Shown: piece by piece, positions 61,349 to 64,000 of the stretch
Position numbering within the stretch: position 1 is the first letter of the stretch
How the letters are laid out: each line of letters opens with the position of its first letter
Assembly: GCA_965206365.1 (NCBI GenBank)
Contig: CBDBJL010000004.1
Span: forward strand, 141,144-205,143
Direction: 5' to 3'
DNA length: 64,000 bases
Source of the DNA: Alphaproteobacteria bacterium
GTDB lineage: Bacteria; Pseudomonadota; Alphaproteobacteria; JABAAW01; JAHZMA01
Position numbers and translations under genes: made by a program
Notes under the pieces: model-generated
The model's input: the letters and a program-made list of their open reading frames with translations, nothing else
The model's database searches: none
What the model was told of the DNA's origin: nothing

Positions 61349-62959
61349 TTGATGAAGAAACAAATCCAAAAACCCGAAATGCAAGAAATCGCCACCGCTG
61401 GCGGTTTAGACGATATTAGCCGGTATTATAGCGGTGCCCCGCACGATGCTGATTATCGGCAATCTGCGCTTGCCAACCAAGTTGGCAACGATGAGGCTTG
61501 GCACAAGGCTGCAGAATTTGCCCGTGCCGATGGGCAAGTAGCCGCCTGTATGGGGCAACGGCATCTTGCAGTTACCTCGTTCGCTTGGGAGGTGATACCG
61601 GGCGATGATAGTAAAATAGCGCAAGATGTGGCTGATTTTATTACCCAGCAATTTGAACGGATTCGCTTCAATGATATTTCAGAAAAATTATTATGGGCGC
61701 GTTTTTACGGGGCTTCAGTTGCCGAGGCATTATGGGGCATGGAAGGTAATAAAATAATTTTGCAAGATTTGCGGGTACGGAATCTAAAAAGATTTCATTT
61801 TACCCCCGGTGGCGATGCGCTTTTGCGCACCCATACAAACCCTAATGGGCAAATTGTGCCAGAAAATAAATTTATAATTTTGCGATCAGGCTCGCCTCAT
61901 TCTGATAATCCATTTGGCGAGGGGTTAGCAGATCACCTTTATTGGCCCGTGCGGTTGAAAAAGCTAGGGGTGGCAGAATGGACTTTGTTTTTAGAAAAAT
62001 TTGCCAGCCCCACCATCACCGGCAAATATCCGGCGAATGCCAGCCAAGATGAACGCGATATCTTGTTAAATATTGCCAAATCGGTACGCCGCGATACCGC
62101 TGCGGTGATGCCAGATTCTATGATGCTAGAGATTTTAGAAATCAGCAGGCGTGGCGATGGCGGCTATGTAACGTTTGCAGATTATATGGATAAAACTATC
62201 AGCAAAATTATTATTGGGCAAACAATGACCACCGACGATGGCGCATCGTTAAGCCAAGCCCAAGTGCATAAAGTGGTTGCGGATCGGATTATAAAAGCTG
62301 ATGCCGAATTAATTTGCGAAGGCTTAAATGATACCATTGTTAAATGGTTATGCGGGTGGAATTTTGCAAACGCGCCCCAGCCCACTTTGCGCCGCATTAT
62401 GCCCGAGCCATTTGATGAAAAGGCGCGCGCTGAAACTTTGGCAACGCTTTATAATATCGGCTTTAAGCCCGATTTAAACCGCATTCAAGAAGATTTTGGC
62501 GAAGGCTTTGCAGAGAGAGATTTAAGTGCAGGAGATTTTGGTAATAAAAACCCCCCGCCCACGCAATCTACAAAAAATAATTTTGCTGAAGCTAAAGAAA
62601 ATCCTGACCCCCCCTTAAAAGATAATGAGCGGGGGGATCTTAAGGGGGGGCATCGCAAGGGGTTGAGCTCGTCTTCAATCCCGAGAAGCGATGTCGCACC
62701 CCCCTTAATAAATAAGGATAATATCGATAATATTGTGGATTTGCTAGAAGAGGGGGATCGGCTAGCTTTTGCCGAAATGCTGAATCCCATGCGCAAAGCC
62801 TTAGCAAAAGCCAAAAGCTTTGATGATTTAAACCGGCGTTTAACGCGCCTTGAAGGCAAGGGCAAAATCAACAAATTAGGCAAATTGTTGCAAGCCGCCA
62901 CTGGCTTTGCCCATATTAAAGCCAGTGATGACATAAAGGATGATCCCCTTGAAAAGTAA
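61349..62959 (+). CDS. Mu gp29-like portal protein (DUF935), with an in-frame palindromic insertion near the C-terminus
   Basis: DUF935-like N-terminus; element 62606-62715 translates in frame (DPPLKDNERGDLKGGHRKGLSSSSIPRSDVAPPL). Confidence 0.75.
   Translation: MMKKQIQKPEMQEIATAGGLDDISRYYSGAPHDADYRQSALANQVGNDEAWHKAAEFARADGQVAACMGQRHLAVTSFAWEVIPGDDSKIAQDVADFITQQFERIRFNDISEKLLWARFYGASVAEALWGMEGNKIILQDLRVRNLKRFHFTPGGDALLRTHTNPNGQIVPENKFIILRSGSPHSDNPFGEGLADHLYWPVRLKKLGVAEWTLFLEKFASPTITGKYPANASQDERDILLNIAKSVRRDTAAVMPDSMMLEILEISRRGDGGYVTFADYMDKTISKIIIGQTMTTDDGASLSQAQVHKVVADRIIKADAELICEGLNDTIVKWLCGWNFANAPQPTLRRIMPEPFDEKARAETLATLYNIGFKPDLNRIQEDFGEGFAERDLSAGDFGNKNPPPTQSTKNNFAEAKENPDPPLKDNERGDLKGGHRKGLSSSSIPRSDVAPPLINKDNIDNIVDLLEEGDRLAFAEMLNPMRKALAKAKSFDDLNRRLTRLEGKGKINKLGKLLQAATGFAHIKASDDIKDDPLEK
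62606..62715. repeat. G6/C6 palindromic element inserted in frame in the portal gene
   Basis: ccccccccttaaaagataatgagcggggggatcttaagggggggcatcgcaagg...gagaagcgatgtcgcaccccccttaat. Confidence 0.65.
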
Positions 62960-63195
62960 TGATGCGGGGGGATCACAAGGGGGGATATCGCAAAGCATTG
63001 GGCGTACCGCCTCAATGTTGAGAAGCGATACCGCTCCCCCCTTGAAAAGTAATGATGCGGGGGGATCACAAGGGGGGATATCGCAAAGCATTGGGCGTAC
63101 CGCCTCAATGTTGAGAAGCGATACCGCTCCCCCCTTGAAAAGTAATGATGCGGGGGTCAAGGGGGTTATGCCGATTAGGCATTCCGCACCCCCTT
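62945..63195. repeat. tandem array (2 exact 93-bp units plus partial) of the same palindromic element between portal and F genes
   Basis: Unit gaaaagtaatgatgcggggggatcacaaggggggatatcgcaaagcattgggcgtaccgcctcaatgttgagaagcgataccgctccccccttg at 62951, 63044 and partially at 63137. Confidence 0.8.
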
Positions 63196-63202
63196 GTTAG
63201 AT

Positions 63203-64000
63203 ATGATGCGCACTTTCACCGATGCGGCTAACTTTCTAGCCCAAAAGCATAATATACCCTCGGGCGAATGGAGTGAAATTTGGCAACAACAGCACGATAC
63301 CGCCTTCACCGTTGCCGGGGTGATGAATGATGATCTGCTGGGTGATTTAAAAAATGCGGTAATTAAAGCCCAAGCAGCTGGCAAAACCTTAGAAGATTTC
63401 CGCGGCGAATTTGATGATATTATCGCCAAGCGGGGTTGGTTCACCGATAAATTAAAATCAGCGGGCTATAAAAGATGGCGGACTCGGGTTATCTACGATA
63501 CTAATTTGCGCCAAAGCTATAGCGCAGGCAAGCTTGCCCAAGCCAAAAGGCTAGATCGCAAATATGCGCGCTATGTGGCTATTCAAGATGATCGGGGGCG
63601 CAAAACCCACCAAGCTTGGCACGGCACAATTCTACCCATCGATGATCCGTGGTGGGATACCCACACCCCTATGAATGGTTGGGGGTGCCGCTGCTATGTA
63701 TCGTACCTTACCAAAGCGCAAGCGCAATTCTATTTGGGCGATCAGGATCCTGATGCCCAAATTGCCCCGCCGATCCAAATGCACAGCCAAAGCATCCGCC
63801 TGAAATCTGGCGAAGTAAAAATTGTTACAACCCCCAAAGGCATCTCGCCCGGTTTTAATTACAACCCCGGCGCATCCATTTATAATGCCAAAACTGGTGC
63901 GGTAACCAAGCTTGCCCCAAAAGTTGCCCCTGTAAAATCTACAGCCAATGTTGCGCAAAAAATTAAGCCGAAACCTAGTACAGCCTTACCGGCAGATAAG
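63203..64000 (+). CDS. Mu F-like head morphogenesis protein (3'-truncated by the window end)
   Basis: ORF open from ATG 63203 to the window end; sequence typical of the Phage_Mu_F family (NGWGCRCY); not in the ORF track because it has no stop codon in the window. Confidence 0.7.
   Translation, partial: MMRTFTDAANFLAQKHNIPSGEWSEIWQQQHDTAFTVAGVMNDDLLGDLKNAVIKAQAAGKTLEDFRGEFDDIIAKRGWFTDKLKSAGYKRWRTRVIYDTNLRQSYSAGKLAQAKRLDRKYARYVAIQDDRGRKTHQAWHGTILPIDDPWWDTHTPMNGWGCRCYVSYLTKAQAQFYLGDQDPDAQIAPPIQMHSQSIRLKSGEVKIVTTPKGISPGFNYNPGASIYNAKTGAVTKLAPKVAPVKSTANVAQKIKPKPSTALPADK

Noticed and set aside
62945-63195. Possible CRISPR array suggested by regularly spaced repeats
   Set aside because: The units are contiguous 93-bp tandem copies with no unique spacers, and they belong to the dispersed palindromic element family.
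62485-63444. Long ORFs 62485..63108(-), 62876..63160(-), 62940..63200(+) and 63175..63444(-) with internally repeated peptides
   Set aside because: Artefacts of the exact 93-bp tandem repeat and of the antisense strand of the portal and F genes; the repeated peptides simply mirror the DNA repeat.

Overview
The window is a mosaic of five blocks. (1) 1-7100: remnant of a lambda-like phage tail-tip and lysis module at roughly 50% GC (RCC1-repeat fibre-like protein, NlpC/P60 gpK-like peptidase, fused tail-assembly-I/host-specificity-J protein, GH24 lysozyme), with an antisense nuclease-like cargo gene. (2) 7081-23224: a defense island. It carries a type I R-M operon (hsdM, frameshifted hsdS, an inserted dinD, hsdR, an M48/DUF45 peptidase, an AlpA-like HTH). 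It also carries a RecB/Cas4-like nuclease-SF1 helicase gene split by an IS200/IS605 element (tnpA and tnpB), a second solo IS200, and a GmrSD-like DUF262/DUF1524 type IV enzyme. (3) 23225-24454: an AT-rich junction with tRNA-like fragments, approx. 46-bp direct repeats, a methylase C-terminal remnant and an intact tRNA-Arg(CCT). (4) 24585-37040, all on the minus strand: a trimethylamine N-oxide and methylamine catabolic cluster (tdm = DUF1989-GcvT fusion, tmoX/V/W betaine-type ABC transporter, gmaS and mgsABC of the N-methylglutamate pathway, two unknown ORFs, a perfect CRP-type box), followed by an AT-rich stretch of intact and decayed ankyrin-repeat genes. (5) 41000-64000: a Mu-like transposable prophage with MuA-like DDE transposase, MuB-like ATPase, Gam, GemA, Mor/C activator, S24 repressor, M15 endolysin, gp27, TerL, DUF935 portal and Mu F. 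Unlike Mu, its early operon runs leftward and its late operon rightward from an internal regulatory hub, and it also carries a DnaB helicase, a ParB-like protein, a Dam-type N6A methylase and a C5-cytosine methylase interrupted by an in-frame TGA. The most unusual feature is a family of roughly 50-110-bp G6/C6-armed palindromic elements (one near 37900, at least five in or beside prophage genes; none seen in the first 37 kb), several inserted in frame in the transposase, ParB-like and portal genes, and once as an exact 93-bp tandem array.
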